A DNA stretch of 63,961 nucleotides, the filler included, from an uncultured Myxococcia bacterium (lineage in GTDB: Bacteria > CAZTWC01), in assembly GCA_964617105.1 (NCBI GenBank). It is 7 parts of 7 records of this genome, joined end to end, with 100 filler letters (N's around TTAATTAATTAA, not from the genome) between each part and the next. Parts side by side here need not be neighbours in the genome. Positions count along the whole stretch, not along the records: positions 1 to 9,567 come from CAZTWC010000133.1; positions 9,668 to 19,085 come from CAZTWC010000134.1; 5 more parts are not named here. One strand, 5' to 3'. Of this stretch, positions 1 to 10,306 are shown piece after piece. Every line of letters starts with the position of its first letter. Position 1 is the stretch's first letter. Under the pieces are notes generated by a model. That model was not told where the DNA came from. It made no database searches and worked only from the letters and a program-made list of their open reading frames with translations. A program made the position numbers and the translations under genes.

Positions 1-3000
1 ATATTTTGGGTGGTTTCATTAACACATTCAATCCCGGATTTATCTGCTTTGCAACTCCAGGTTCCATTGGTGCACAGATCGCTGTCATCACCGTCACAGT
101 CCTGGTTTAGGGAGGAGTAATCTTCATCAGTAGAACTATCGCAGTCATTGTCTTTATTGTCGCACAACTCCGAAGCGCCTGGATAGATAGTATCATCACT
201 GTCGTTGCAATCAGTAGAGCCGTGGCAGGTGCTGTAGTTGTCACTGTCGCTGTCCCAGTTTTCATCAGTATTACCGTCACAGTCGTTGTCATACCCATCG
301 CAGGATTCAGACACAGTCACGCCATTATCACAGTTTAGTTCTACATAATTGGGGATGGAGTCGCCATCTGCATCGCCATTGGGGGCATTAAAAGTTATTG
401 AGACTCCTTCACTCTCGTTGCTGGCTGAATCAGCAGCAGTAATAGTAAAAGTATAGGTGCCGGAGGTTTGGCTTAAACCCGCCACCCGCTTGTAAGTATA
501 AGAGGAGGATACATAGCCGTAATAGGTGGTTTCAGAAGCGCTGGAATGTTTATAATAAACCTTGTATTTGTTCACCCCGCCACCAGCCGATGCAGTCCAT
601 TGCACAGTGATGGCGCTGGATTGCGCTTTTTTTAGATTCAGGTTGGTCACTGGTTCTGGTGGAGAGAAATCACTGACATTAACCGTGGCTGAATATGGTT
701 CAGCTACGTTACCATCTTCATCTTGAGCCACGTAAAGAATTTGGTAAAGACCTTCGCTGGCAAAACGGTTGGTAACTGTCTTGGAATAGATGTTGTCACT
801 AGCGGCGTTTAATTGTTCAATAGTGGCTGAGTCCACCGAACCATTGGGTGGAATAATAACAGCAAAGGCAGTGATACTAGCGGAATCATCATCGATGACC
901 TGTTGCCAAAGTTCAAAGGAAGTAGAGGAGGAAACCACTGACAGGGAAGACTCCCCCTGGGCATTGACAATAATCGGATTGGCGTTTCCATCTGGAATAT
1001 GTTCCAGAGTCCTGGATGAGGCCAGGGTAACATCATCTTCATCCGCCACCCCGTCACCACTGGCCTCTACGGCTGGCTTTTGGTTGTCAAAGTCAGCAGT
1101 GATCAGCATATCAGCGTAGTTGTAGGCATCGCCTATTGATTCTCCCTCCAGGATTTTGTTGAAAAAATACTTGCTGAAAGAGATATTGCCACTATTGGTG
1201 ACATTAAGGTTGCTCTCGGAACCCATATCGGTGGGGCCAGTAGCGCTGACCAGTATCCGGCCTGCTCCAGTGCCGGCAGTGGTTAGAAAAGCACCGCTTT
1301 GGGGAGATTCGATGATCACAGTCACCGGATAATCGGGCGGGGGAGTTTCGTTGTTAGCCTCAACTTCGTCTTTGACATTGTTATACAGATTGGTCAGCCA
1401 GGTATTAAGTTCAGACGCTGTTACCACATAGGATGAACTGTAGTAACCCCGCAGCCAGAAAGTTCCATCCTGTGACTGGTAGTTGCCGCCGATTAGATAG
1501 ATGGTAAGGGGACTCTTTTCTGGTTGGTCAGTTTCCGTGCAATCGATATTGTTCACTGTCCAGGTTTCTATGGCAGTCTGCAAATTGGATTGGGTAACGC
1601 TATCGGTCCTGTCAATAGCCCCATCTTCATCAGCATCAAAAGTGGCGTCAGTATGAAGCAACTTTATTTTGCTGGAGGGTATGCCCCGGTTTTTCAGGGT
1701 TTGATAGGCCTCTTTCACCAGGTTGTCCCGAATGGTGGTATTGACTCCATAGCCGGCTACAATAATCCCCAGGCCAGTGGGTTCGTTAATAGAGAGCATC
1801 ATCTCCGCCTGGGAGGTGTTATAATCATCACTGCCCTGATACTCAACCGTAATTCTGAAATATCCGGAGGTGTACCCTTCGGGCATATCCAGGGTCACCG
1901 TGGTTGAGTAGTTGCCGTCACTATCCAGGTCTACCCAGGTATCTTCCGAAGCGCCATTGGGTTTGGCCACTGTCATCAACACTTGGATGGTGGAGGAATC
2001 GGTAACCTTGGGATTGGGAAACACTCCTCCGGAGATAGTTACCTCATCGCCGCTAGTCAAACCAGAGGTTTGGCTGGAGGTCAGAGTGGTAACCGTATCT
2101 GCCATTTCTACATCAACATCTGGTGGTGATAGGGGAGGTTGATCCGCGGTAGTGGAATTATAGTATTGAGAGTTGCCATACCAATAACTGGTTATCTGGT
2201 AGGTTCCCTGGCTGGTAAAATTGCTATAGAGTCGATAGGAGAAGTCGCCATCATCATTGCTGGTGTAAATACTTTTATAAATATTTGATTGCCCGGATTT
2301 GGCGAACTTCAATCTCACCAGGGTATTTTCTGGCGGAGCCGGGGTAATTTTTCCCCTGACCTCAATCCTATCCTGAACCTGAATGGTGTCAGGATAAAAA
2401 TAGTGGGTAATAAAAGATGGGCACTTTACAGCTCCCGGAGTGCAGGGCTCCAGCAGGTTAAGCAGGAGTTTTTCGTTGTTAACAGCGTTAACTGCGATGA
2501 AATCAGTACATCCACTCAGACATTCACCTTTGATTTTAAACAGGCAGCGGCCCGAGGGGCAAACAGATTCCGGAGGCATTTTCACTGCCCGCAACCGCAA
2601 CAGGGCGGTGCCGGGCGCCTGCACAGAATTGGTCAGCAAATATTGGAAATACTCGGAAGATGGAGTCTGGTCAGTGTCCGCCATCACCAGAGAAAGCCCA
2701 ACAGTTCCACTAAATCCAGCTAACCCTTCCACATTGATGTGATATCCGGCCTGCTGCCAGATCTTTTTGGTTTTTGGCGGGGTTACCGCCTTGAGCCAAA
2801 AGGTGGGCTGTTTTTGCTTTATCGGTTTACCTACCCGCACATCCAGCAAATCAAAATGGTGATTCCCCTCATCATCCACAATAACAAACTTATAGAAACG
2901 CACCGCTCCCAGTTTGAACTTGGAATCAGTATAACTGACATTGGCAACTCCAGAACCTCCTTTGTAAATAAGTTTGTATTTACCGTTCATAGAGAAAGAT

Positions 3001-5840
3001 CGGAAGATCTTTACTCGAAACTGGTTCATGGGCAGGTAGTCGGCCAGGGCCACTGCATTGGCTTTAGCACTAAGGGAGACGCCATAATTTTCAGGAGTTA
3101 CGGAAATAGAGGCAAAATTGGCAATCCGCTGGAACACACCAATATAGCCGGTGCCGATTAGCACCTCATTATTACTGGTTTTTAACCAGCCATTAACGTG
3201 TCGAGGCTCCACTCCCTGAAACAAATATTTACGGTCGATGCGGTTGCCAAAGATCTCTCTGTACCACCAGGCCCAGGGGTCTGTTAGGCCGCAATAGGTA
3301 CTTTCATCGATACATTTTTTTCCATCTTTTCGTCCTTCAAATATCCCTTTGTTGCCAAAAATAGTAACCGGTGAAACGGTTTTTATTATTTGACCGTCCT
3401 TGGCAATCCGGATTCCACTGTAATTGGCCAGCATAAATACCCGACCATGATCAAGGGTGATAAACTCTTTAAGGGCAAACACCTTTCCGGTTTGAAAATG
3501 CTCCCAGGTTTCGTTGTGATAGCGGCTGGCTCCGGTTTCATTGTAATATCCAATCCAAATCTCATCGCTGTTACCCGCTACCCGGTATACAGAGTTATGC
3601 GGCAGGTCACCATCATCGGCAGTAAAGTGGTGCCAGGTGGTGCCTGACAGTTTGTGCACTCCGTAATTGGAGGCAAACCAATACTCGGTGGGTGATACTA
3701 TATCCACATCGTACACAGAAGTGGCCTTATCCATGTTTTTGGTAGAAAAAGTGGTCCAGGTGCCGTTGCGAAAGCGGCTTACACCGCCAGAAGCAGCCAG
3801 CCAAAAAGAGTCGTTGTCATTGACTCCAACTTTGGCTTTGTAAAAATATTCACCAATAGGATAACCGGTAGCCCGAAAGGTGATATCCACCTGATCCCGG
3901 GATTTATGAAACAGGCCGGAGGAGGTTGCACCCCAAACGCCATCGCTAGTGTCAGTGCAGATATTAACCACCGAACTGCTGGGCAGCCCATCGGCAGACT
4001 GATAATAATAGAAAATGCCCAAAGAGTAGCCGTAAAAAGTCAGCCCCCCACTAGTGGCCAGCCAGTACCCGCTTTCGGTAGGTAATATTTTATGAATATA
4101 GTTGGAGGGTAGGCCATCGTCAGTGTCAAAAGTGGTCCAATAGGTGTTCATCAGGATGGTGCGCTTTTGGGCCAGCCCGGCAGAGGTGGCGAAATAAACA
4201 GTAGAGGTCAGGTAGGAGCCGGGGATAGAGTAGACATGGTACACATAGTCGCTGGGAAGTTGGTTGTTGGTACTAGCCCGGGTATATTGGCCCCAGGAGC
4301 CGTTGCTGGATCGGTAACTGGCGCCTCCGCCTAGAGTGCCCATCCACACAGTATTGTTGGTATCAACCGAAAGGTTCCAAATTATATTGCTGCCCAATTT
4401 GGCGGTATTGCTGGTGGTATAATTGTACCAGGTACCGCTGGAATTCCTTCGGAACAGCCCATTACTCATGGAGGCGAAAAAGGTATTGCCCAGAGTATCT
4501 GTAACAATGGACTTGATATATCCCAGCGATTTGGAACTACCGCCAACAGTAACTGTTTTGTAGGTGGTCCAGGAATAGGTCCATCCCGACCGGCCATAGG
4601 AGCGGACAAACTTGGTGGCTCCCAGGCTGTGGCCAATCCACACGGTAGAACCCAGGCTGGAGGCTGATACCACTTTTATCGACTGAAGATTGTTGGTCGG
4701 CAATCCGGTGCAGACATCGCCATCACAGCCGCCATTGGTGGAGGATTTGGTCCAGGAAAAAAATGTGCCTGAGGCTGATCGGTAACTCAAGCCGCCGGAG
4801 GTGGCCATCCACAGGTAGTTGTTAGAAGCCAGGTCAACATCGCGGATATTGTTACTGGCCGGACCGGATAAATATTTAGCCACCGTCCCCTCTTTGAAAC
4901 GGACCAGACCTTGATAGGTGGCAAACCATTTGTAGTCCTCATCATCAATGGTCATGGCGGAAACCCCCATCTCACTAATATGAGAACCCAGCAACTTACC
5001 ATCTATGGTTTTCCAGTTTTCTCCCCCCATATATTTAATTATTCCCTTACGGGTGGTAACCCAAATTTTGTTATCGCTGTCCGCCGCAATATCGTGGGCC
5101 GCTGAGGGGATTGGCCCTCCATTGTCGGTTCTCTTGTACCAGGTCCAGGCATTTTGTTCATATTTTATTACCCCGCCCTGGCCGGAAAACCAGATGGTGC
5201 CGTTACTGTCTATAACGCCAGAATAGGGGGCAAAGGTGTGAACCTGAGATTCAACCGGAGAATCAACTGTATCCCAACTGGTACCATTAAAGTGTTTAAT
5301 AACTACGTTTTTGCCGTTAAAAGTCCAGGCATAGATATTGGTATGGGCTTGATCCACAGCAAAAGTGGTGGTGCCGGCAACACTGTAACTGTAAGTGTTG
5401 CCATTATCATAGCGGGTTATTCGATCGCCCTGGGCAAAGAAAAGTCCATCCGAGGTATATTCGATATCATAGGCTTTTTTCTTGAAATTTTCATGAGAGG
5501 TGACTTTGCTCCAGGAGTTTTCAGCAAATTTAGCAATACCGGATGGAGTAGCCACCCAGGGGTTGCCGCTGCTGTCGATTCCCAGGCTATAGATATCAAA
5601 ATCTGGCAATCCAGCGGTGGTCAGATCATAAACCGTATGCTCTTTGGTGGATATTTTCCAGCGCACCACTCCGCCAGTGACTCCCATCCACAGGTAATCG
5701 CCTTGAGCCTTAAGGGCGGGCCAATACCTGGGAGCACTGTTGGGATCAAATGTATGCAACCAGTAGGCGGCTGCAGGTTTGGCAGCCAGGAAGGCTAAGC
5801 ACAAAATTAAGCACCATAAAAAATGGTTAACAACTCTCAT
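1..5840 (-). CDS. Giant secreted multidomain surface protein, 3'-partial (>=1946 aa): signal peptide, regulator-propeller-type beta-propeller repeats, Ig-like domains, C13/caspase-fold domain, FN3, MopE-like Cys/Asp repeats
   Basis: Hand translation from ATG at 5840 gives MRVVNHFLWCLILCLAFLAAKPAAAYW..., repeats DGLPSNYIHKI / DGLPSSSVVNI / GDLPHNSVYRV, FN3-like PPEPVTNL...ITVQWTAS, and ends ...ELCDNKDNDCDSSTDE...DLCTNGTWSCKADKSGIECVNETTQN at the window edge. Start and end are in the same frame; it is absent from the ORF track because it has no stop inside the window. Confidence 0.88.
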   Translation of the reverse strand, partial: MRVVNHFLWCLILCLAFLAAKPAAAYWLHTFDPNSAPRYWPALKAQGDYLWMGVTGGVVRWKISTKEHTVYDLTTAGLPDFDIYSLGIDSSGNPWVATPSGIAKFAENSWSKVTSHENFKKKAYDIEYTSDGLFFAQGDRITRYDNGNTYSYSVAGTTTFAVDQAHTNIYAWTFNGKNVVIKHFNGTSWDTVDSPVESQVHTFAPYSGVIDSNGTIWFSGQGGVIKYEQNAWTWYKRTDNGGPIPSAAHDIAADSDNKIWVTTRKGIIKYMGGENWKTIDGKLLGSHISEMGVSAMTIDDEDYKWFATYQGLVRFKEGTVAKYLSGPASNNIRDVDLASNNYLWMATSGGLSYRSASGTFFSWTKSSTNGGCDGDVCTGLPTNNLQSIKVVSASSLGSTVWIGHSLGATKFVRSYGRSGWTYSWTTYKTVTVGGSSKSLGYIKSIVTDTLGNTFFASMSNGLFRRNSSGTWYNYTTSNTAKLGSNIIWNLSVDTNNTVWMGTLGGGASYRSSNGSWGQYTRASTNNQLPSDYVYHVYSIPGSYLTSTVYFATSAGLAQKRTILMNTYWTTFDTDDGLPSNYIHKILPTESGYWLATSGGLTFYGYSLGIFYYYQSADGLPSSSVVNICTDTSDGVWGATSSGLFHKSRDQVDITFRATGYPIGEYFYKAKVGVNDNDSFWLAASGGVSRFRNGTWTTFSTKNMDKATSVYDVDIVSPTEYWFASNYGVHKLSGTTWHHFTADDGDLPHNSVYRVAGNSDEIWIGYYNETGASRYHNETWEHFQTGKVFALKEFITLDHGRVFMLANYSGIRIAKDGQIIKTVSPVTIFGNKGIFEGRKDGKKCIDESTYCGLTDPWAWWYREIFGNRIDRKYLFQGVEPRHVNGWLKTSNNEVLIGTGYIGVFQRIANFASISVTPENYGVSLSAKANAVALADYLPMNQFRVKIFRSFSMNGKYKLIYKGGSGVANVSYTDSKFKLGAVRFYKFVIVDDEGNHHFDLLDVRVGKPIKQKQPTFWLKAVTPPKTKKIWQQAGYHINVEGLAGFSGTVGLSLVMADTDQTPSSEYFQYLLTNSVQAPGTALLRLRAVKMPPESVCPSGRCLFKIKGECLSGCTDFIAVNAVNNEKLLLNLLEPCTPGAVKCPSFITHYFYPDTIQVQDRIEVRGKITPAPPENTLVRLKFAKSGQSNIYKSIYTSNDDGDFSYRLYSNFTSQGTYQITSYWYGNSQYYNSTTADQPPLSPPDVDVEMADTVTTLTSSQTSGLTSGDEVTISGGVFPNPKVTDSSTIQVLMTVAKPNGASEDTWVDLDSDGNYSTTVTLDMPEGYTSGYFRITVEYQGSDDYNTSQAEMMLSINEPTGLGIIVAGYGVNTTIRDNLVKEAYQTLKNRGIPSSKIKLLHTDATFDADEDGAIDRTDSVTQSNLQTAIETWTVNNIDCTETDQPEKSPLTIYLIGGNYQSQDGTFWLRGYYSSSYVVTASELNTWLTNLYNNVKDEVEANNETPPPDYPVTVIIESPQSGAFLTTAGTGAGRILVSATGPTDMGSESNLNVTNSGNISFSKYFFNKILEGESIGDAYNYADMLITADFDNQKPAVEASGDGVADEDDVTLASSRTLEHIPDGNANPIIVNAQGESSLSVVSSSTSFELWQQVIDDDSASITAFAVIIPPNGSVDSATIEQLNAASDNIYSKTVTNRFASEGLYQILYVAQDEDGNVAEPYSATVNVSDFSPPEPVTNLNLKKAQSSAITVQWTASAGGGVNKYKVYYKHSSASETTYYGYVSSSYTYKRVAGLSQTSGTYTFTITAADSASNESEGVSITFNAPNGDADGDSIPNYVELNCDNGVTVSESCDGYDNDCDGNTDENWDSDSDNYSTCHGSTDCNDSDDTIYPGASELCDNKDNDCDSSTDEDYSSLNQDCDGDDSDLCTNGTWSCKADKSGIECVNETTQN

Positions 5841-5875
5841 AAAAAAGCCCACCTTTCCTTCCGAGAAATTGGGTA

Positions 5876-6442
5876 TTATTTAATTCCATTCTTCTCTTTT
5901 AGTTTCAACAGGTAAGTTTTAGTTGCTTCATCCCCCCGTTTTTCAGCTTGGTATAATTGGTCTGAAATAAAAGTACCCAGCGCTTTTTGTTTTTCCACTT
6001 TAATAAGTACCCAGGCATCGATAAAATAGGTGGTTTCATCATCAGTAATCTGTTTTTTCTTTTGGTAATAGGATGCCTCTTTGGTAACTCCCATTACCCG
6101 GATGGGAATATTGCTCTTAATACTGATCTCCTGGTTGTTTAAAAAGGTTTTCAGCCAGGCAGACACTTTCTCTCTGGCTTCTAGTTCAGCCCTTTCAATC
6201 GCGATATCCATAAAGGTGGCGTTTTTATGGAACCCTCGATAGTATTTAGAAGTTGCCCCATCTGCAGGAACTTTCTCCAGCCATATTGGTTTTTTAAGAC
6301 TAGAGGTGTAGTAAATCTCCTCTTTGCTTGTAACTGGTTTTTGGGTACCAGCGCAGGATAATAGCAGGCTGGCAAAAATAGCCAGCAATAAAAACCGGGA
6401 GATAAGGGAAAGTTTTAATGGTATTTTAAGGTAATTTAACAT
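5876..6442 (-). CDS. Lipoprotein, LPP20-like
   Basis: Lipobox LLLSC; P-x-W motif and A..RAELEAREKV typical of LPP20-type lipoproteins; 35 nt upstream of the giant gene on the same strand. Confidence 0.6.
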   Translation of the reverse strand: MLNYLKIPLKLSLISRFLLLAIFASLLLSCAGTQKPVTSKEEIYYTSSLKKPIWLEKVPADGATSKYYRGFHKNATFMDIAIERAELEAREKVSAWLKTFLNNQEISIKSNIPIRVMGVTKEASYYQKKKQITDDETTYFIDAWVLIKVEKQKALGTFISDQLYQAEKRGDEATKTYLLKLKEKNGIK

Positions 6443-6583
6443 TTGTGGACCTCCATTTCATAAATATAATCAAACTATGTCGTCAGAAAAAAAATAAACT
6501 TTTTTACTATATCATTAATAGATAGGTTGAAACAACTGGATAATTGGTAGATCGGGCCCAGGATTTATGCTAAAAGAGATTTT

Positions 6584-8179
6584 ATGATACTTAACAAGCC
6601 ACACTATCTATTTTTACCCTTGATATTTTTCCTCTATTTTTATTCTTTTCCCTATTTTTCTGGGTTGAACAATCCCAACGAGAATTCAAGGGTTTACATG
6701 GTGAAGGCAGTAGTTGATCACGGAACCTTGGCTATAAATAAGGTTATTGAACAATGGGGTTGGATTAACGATCTCTCTTTTTTTCAGGGCAATTACTACG
6801 CCGCCAAAGCTCCGGGTGTGGCTCTGGCGGGAGTGCCAGTCTATTTTTTAGCCAAAAAAGTTGCATCTATATTTGATTTATCTATCAGCCATAGGGCTTT
6901 GGTGATCCTGCTGCGGATATCAATAATAATTATCCCCTCCCTGATCTTTATCACCCTTTTTTTCCGTTTTTTAGTAATGGAGATGAAACTGGATGGCCAG
7001 ACTTCACTGTTAGCAGTGCTGCTATATTCTTTGGGTACTATCTCGTTTACCTACAGCACCACTTATGTAAACCATTCTTTGGTATCTATTTTGATTTACA
7101 CCGCTTTTTGGGCAATTTTAAAGCAGAGATGGTTTTGGGCAGGTTTTGGGTGCGGTTTGGCCTTTTTGTGTGAATATCCAGCGATTTTAGCCGCCGGGAT
7201 ACTTGGCCTGTTTATAATCTCCAGACCAAGACCCTCTTTTGCAGAGATACTATCCAGGTCTTTTAAGTTTAGCCTGGGCTTTCTCCCTGGTTTGCTGGCA
7301 TTTTTTCTAATTAACTACCTGATGTTTAATAATTCTTTGTCAACCCCCTATTCACATTTGCATAATCCTTACCATGTTCACGTTCATTCCCAGGGCTTCT
7401 TTTCTCTAACCATTCCTGCCTGGGACAGATTTTTAGGGATCTGTTTTTCCTCTTTTCGGGGGATTTTCTTTATCTCACCGGCTTTGCTTTTCTTTTTACC
7501 AGGTCTTTGGGTGATGGCTAAAAATGGTAAAAAAAAGGAGGGTTGGCTCAGCCTGGTCATGGTGATGATATACTTTCTTTATAATTCCTCTCTGATCAAT
7601 TGGCAGGGAGGCTGGTCCACCGGCCCCCGCTATATTGTGCTGGTAATCCCCTGGATGGTGACTGCCATAGCTTTTTGGATCCAACCCAGGGCAATTCCGG
7701 CAATCCTGGCTCCGGCCAGATTTTTAGCCATATCATTATTACTCTCATCTATTTTGGTATCTATACTGCTTTGCACATGGTCAACTCTACATTTTCCTTT
7801 TTTTAGCCCCCAGATAAAAAATCCTTTTTATGACCTGTTGCTCCCCCTTTGGCAGCATGATCTTTTTCCTTTTTCTTTGGCTCATTTGCTGGGAATTAAA
7901 GGAACAGGGGCGACAGTGGCACCCATAATAGTTTTATTGATTATTTTTATTTTTATTGTAAGCCTGCCAATTATCCGCTTTTATCAATTTAACCGCAACC
8001 ATGGGCTGGAAAAAGAGAGGTCATCCTTTTTATTGGGAGGCAGCAAACTGGTATGGAGATTTATCGCCCTGATTTTAACCATCACATTTTTTGTTTTGCA
8101 CCTTTACGCCTACAGTCATATTTCCAGGGGCAAAGGTGGAGAAGAAACTGTTAGAATGATGAAATTGCCGGGATGGTAA
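6584..8179 (+). CDS. Polytopic membrane protein, GT-C/ArnT-PMT-like glycosyltransferase
   Basis: 531 aa with many TM segments; motifs NENSR, YAAKAPG, RGIFFISP, GGWSTGPRY. Confidence 0.6.
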   Translation: MILNKPHYLFLPLIFFLYFYSFPYFSGLNNPNENSRVYMVKAVVDHGTLAINKVIEQWGWINDLSFFQGNYYAAKAPGVALAGVPVYFLAKKVASIFDLSISHRALVILLRISIIIIPSLIFITLFFRFLVMEMKLDGQTSLLAVLLYSLGTISFTYSTTYVNHSLVSILIYTAFWAILKQRWFWAGFGCGLAFLCEYPAILAAGILGLFIISRPRPSFAEILSRSFKFSLGFLPGLLAFFLINYLMFNNSLSTPYSHLHNPYHVHVHSQGFFSLTIPAWDRFLGICFSSFRGIFFISPALLFFLPGLWVMAKNGKKKEGWLSLVMVMIYFLYNSSLINWQGGWSTGPRYIVLVIPWMVTAIAFWIQPRAIPAILAPARFLAISLLLSSILVSILLCTWSTLHFPFFSPQIKNPFYDLLLPLWQHDLFPFSLAHLLGIKGTGATVAPIIVLLIIFIFIVSLPIIRFYQFNRNHGLEKERSSFLLGGSKLVWRFIALILTITFFVLHLYAYSHISRGKGGEETVRMMKLPGW

Positions 8180-8268
8180 TTTTCCGTCTAAAAAGTGTAT
8201 GGCTATAGGGATAGAGAAGCACACTCATCTATGGTGACCGGGTTGCCATCCGGATGGCTTATGGTCCG

Positions 8269-8640
8269 TCAGTCGGTAAGGTATTTAGCTAGTTTTTCTT
8301 TAATTCGTTCGGCGGTAATTGGCTTGCAAAGATAATCCTGCACCTTGGTTCGTTTAACTATATCTTGTAGTTTTTCTGGATGAAGAGAAGAAACATATAT
8401 TACTATCGGTAGGCTAAAGCCGCTTTTTTTCAAGATGTTGACTAACTCTTCGCCGCTTAAATCGGGCATCATTATATCCAGTAAAATACAGTCTGGTTTC
8501 ACTTTAAATAGAGTAGGCACCGAACGTTCCACGTTTTTAGCGGTGTGAACTTCGTAACCCAGTTCGGTTACTATTTTGCGGGTAATAGTCAGCGAGGTAG
8601 GCTCGTCATCGATAATCAGGACTTTTTTCTTGTGTTTCAC
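8269..8640 (-). CDS. Single-domain response regulator (REC)
   Basis: VLIIDDE, ILLDIMMPDLSG (phospho-Asp), YLCKP; GTG start. Confidence 0.9.
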   Translation of the reverse strand: MKHKKKVLIIDDEPTSLTITRKIVTELGYEVHTAKNVERSVPTLFKVKPDCILLDIMMPDLSGEELVNILKKSGFSLPIVIYVSSLHPEKLQDIVKRTKVQDYLCKPITAERIKEKLAKYLTD

Positions 8641-8896
8641 AAAGGTACTCCCAGGTTGGTAGTGTTCATGCTGATTCCCGGATGGACACTATTTGCAGGG
8701 TTTTGATAATTAATATCAACTATTTTCATCATAACAAATCTTTTTTGTTGGGTAAAGGGATTAATATTTTATTGATTTTTTCAGTAGCACAGGTATGATT
8801 AGATGTCAAAAGTATAAACATGATAAAAGATGAACGAAATTCGGAGAGGGTACGATTTTAACTTTGGAATTCCCCTATATTAAATAGGTAGATAAT

Positions 8897-9567
8897 ATGA
8901 ACCTGGTCGGACATTATAAAAATATTTTAACTCTCTTAGCGATATTTTACCTGGCAATGCTGTTTTTGGGCACGCTACCATTATTTGCTGTGGAACCAGA
9001 GAAGAAAAACAGTAAAAAGGTTGACAAAATCAAATTGGCAGTATTGGATATTCAGCCCAACCGGGGAATTGAAAAATCAACCGCCTTTTTACTTTCCGAA
9101 TACTTGATCTCCGAGTTACAAAAGACTAAAAAATATGACGTTATCGGCAAAAATGACATCAAGCAGATGCTGCAGTTCGAGGAGCAACGGGAACTTTTAG
9201 ATTCTTGTCGCGATGATGGCTGCCTGATCCAGATTTCAGGAGCCCTGGGCGTTGATCAGTTAGCCGCTATGGTGGTAGGACGAATCGGCTCTACCCATCT
9301 GGTGGTGCTAAAGGTTATCGATGTTCGAAAGGCCAGGGTGCTGCAGAGGATTACCCGGCAGGCTGAAGATACGGAAGGAGCCATCCTGGCGGCTATAACT
9401 TCGGCTGTGCAAGAGGCGGCTGGATTCAATAAGGGTGGTTGGGAAAAAATGGTGGTTAAACCCCGTGATACCTGGCTCGGTTTCGGAATATTGGTGGGAC
9501 CGGCTATTAAACTGGGCTACCCGCAGCCAGAAGTTCGTATTTTACCCGACACCTGGGAAGAAGCTGA
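8897..9567 (+). CDS. Secreted protein with CsgG/TolB-N/DUF2380-like domain, 3'-partial
   Basis: Signal peptide; LAVLDIQ...C.DDGCLIQISGALGVD...VGRIG pattern; runs into linker. Confidence 0.55.
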
Positions 9568-9667
9568 NNNNNNNNNNNNNNNNNNNNNNNNNNNNNNNNN
9601 NNNNNNNNNNNTTAATTAATTAANNNNNNNNNNNNNNNNNNNNNNNNNNNNNNNNNNNNNNNNNNNN
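9568..9667. other. Artificial contig linker
   Basis: N44-TTAATTAATTAA-N44, with stops in all six frames. Confidence 0.98.
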
Positions 9668-10302
9668 TTGTGGCCGGAACCAATATCCAATATATTATGG
9701 GTACGGTATTGATAATAATTCCTTTTGCGGTGTTGTATATTTACAGTAATCCTTACCAGGTCAAGAGGATCCTGGGCTTCTTGTTTCCTGAATTATTTAA
9801 GTCCAATGTGGCGTATCAACTTTACCAGTCTTTAATCGCCATTGGTTCAGGGGGGTTATGGGGACAAGGGTTGGGTGACAGCAAACAGAAACTGTTTTTC
9901 CTGCCCGAAGCCCATACCGATTTTATCCTGGCTATTATAGCCGAAGAACTGGGTTTTATCGGACTGGTTGTTCTTTTTCTCCTGTTTCTATTTTTAATCT
10001 ACCGGGGATTTATTATCTCTCTTTCAGCCCGGGATAAGTTTCGGTTTTTTTTGGGAGTAGGGATAGTTTCCTGCCTCTCTTTACAGATTATCATCAACAT
10101 TGGCGTGGTTATGGGTATGTTGCCTACCAAGGGGCTTACTCTTCCATATATTAGTTATGGCGGTTCATCACTGTTAATAACCATGGCCATGAGTGGAATT
10201 ATGCTAAATATTTCTGAAGACCTATTTTTGAAATTACCAATTACTCCCGATGACACCAGAGTGGTTAGAAACCGGCGCAAGATGGCTGATTGCAAGTGGT
10301 AA
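9668..10302 (+). CDS. ftsW: Peptidoglycan glycosyltransferase FtsW, 5'-partial
   Basis: YQLYQSLIAIGSGG, FLPEAHTDFI, PTKGLTLPYISYGGSS; immediately upstream of murG. Confidence 0.93.
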
Positions 10303-10306
10303 ATAG

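Noticed and set aside
107-5798. Numerous short ORFs on both strands
   Set aside because: They are shadows of the single giant minus-strand gene. The same applies to antisense ORFs over ftsZ, trkA, the acyl-CoA dehydrogenase and the contig 7 repeat gene.
6584-8179. GT-C protein as the dedicated glycosylase of the giant surface protein
   Set aside because: Supported only by divergent adjacency; there is no sequence evidence for its substrate.
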